Part shown: positions 62,977-64,000 of the stretch, in pieces
Position numbering within the stretch: position 1 is the stretch's first letter
Layout of the letters: the number at the start of each line of letters is the position of its first letter
Origin: Chrysomallon squamiferum
Taxonomy: Eukaryota; Animalia; Mollusca
Length of the DNA stretch: 64,000 bases
Direction: 5' to 3'
Assembly: GCA_012295275.1 (NCBI GenBank)
Contig: CM022676.1
Location: 8,060,001-8,124,000, forward strand
Program-made: the position numbers and the translations under genes
The notes under the pieces: model-generated
What the model was told of the DNA's origin: nothing
What the model saw: only the letters and a program-made list of their open reading frames with translations
Database searches by the model: none

Positions 62977-64000
62977 TAAAGTTAAATATGAAAACTGGAT
63001 TGTCTGGTTTTCATATAATTATTTTCTTTCCTTTTTCAAGAACGACATTAACTTACTAGCATTGATCGTTCTTTTTAATTTTTATTATTAGTAGTAATAT
63101 TATCATTGTTAATTGGTGTTTTAAGAATGTAACAGTTTATGGTGTTTTTCAAAATAACTATCAGTTTGGTGTTTGTTCATAACCCATTCATATTAATGCA
63201 AACAGACTGTCAAGAGTTTTATTCAACATGTTTGTTCATTTTTATTTATTTTATCATTTAAACATCGTTAATTTTACATAGTTGCCTTAAAGTTCTGTCA
63301 GAATATGGTAGCTGTTCTTTTAAATTTTATTTATATTTGATTTATCCTTCAAAATATACATACACATCATCTGATTGCTGTTAAAGTTGTATTTGTTAAA
63401 ATCTATAAATTTTTTTAAATTATTTTTATTAATTATTATTAATTCATACAAGTATTAAACTAGATTATTTCCTAAAGGTTCATAAGCACTAAAACTAGGT
63501 TATTTATTAAAAGGATTAGTAATCAGTTTAAGATAAAATAATATGAGATTGAAATGGTTGAGTTTTGATAATATAAAGTTGAAAGTTTATACCACACTGA
63601 GTTCAGGCATTGACAGTTGATGATAAAAACTTGTGATCTGATCATCTTAAATATATTTTAAATCAGAATATACCAAATTACATAGTAATGTACTGAGAGC
63701 ATTAATTTCTTGGCTTGTTAGCATTTTTGGTATTATTAATTACAAGCTGAATTTAATATCAGAGCAGTATTTTTTTCTGAATAAAACACCATCTCTAGCT
63801 TAATAGACTTGTTACTATGCATGAAAATTAACTACTGTTGATTTTTTCAAAACAATTTAAGCTACATTTTATGTAGAATAACGTGAACTAAGGCTTTATG
63901 CTTACCATCATTTTCTGGTTTAAAGTATGAAAGAAAAAGAGAAGAATAAAAGAATGATGAATAAGAATCTCTTTAGAAAAGAAAATAGTTTACTGTCATT

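Overview
AT-rich, microsatellite-dense animal DNA with spliceosomal introns. An invertebrate, possibly a cephalopod mollusc, is my inference from composition only. The left ~47 kb is a tandemly duplicated, immune-looking cluster with three parts. (1) Four minus-strand paralogues (A, B and C intact; D a pseudogene) of a family I cannot name: N-terminal hydrophobic segment, extracellular coiled coil of very different length, TM helix, and a ~150-aa cytoplasmic beta/alpha (TIR/flavodoxin-like) domain. Copies A, B and D carry NF-kB-type sites upstream. (2) Two IFI44-like P-loop GTPases with C-terminal hydrophobic anchors, one with a single in-frame TAG. (3) A plus-strand Ig-like receptor gene with a Tyr-rich tail, plus a decayed paralogue. 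The right part holds TEN1 (minus) head-to-head with a USP2-like deubiquitinase (plus) that has a U12-type intron. Also present: TA-flanked Tigger/pogo-type elements, a 200-N gap with duplicated flanks, and several minisatellites whose unit is copied from a splice junction. All exon models were spliced by hand and checked for reading frame, not against transcripts.
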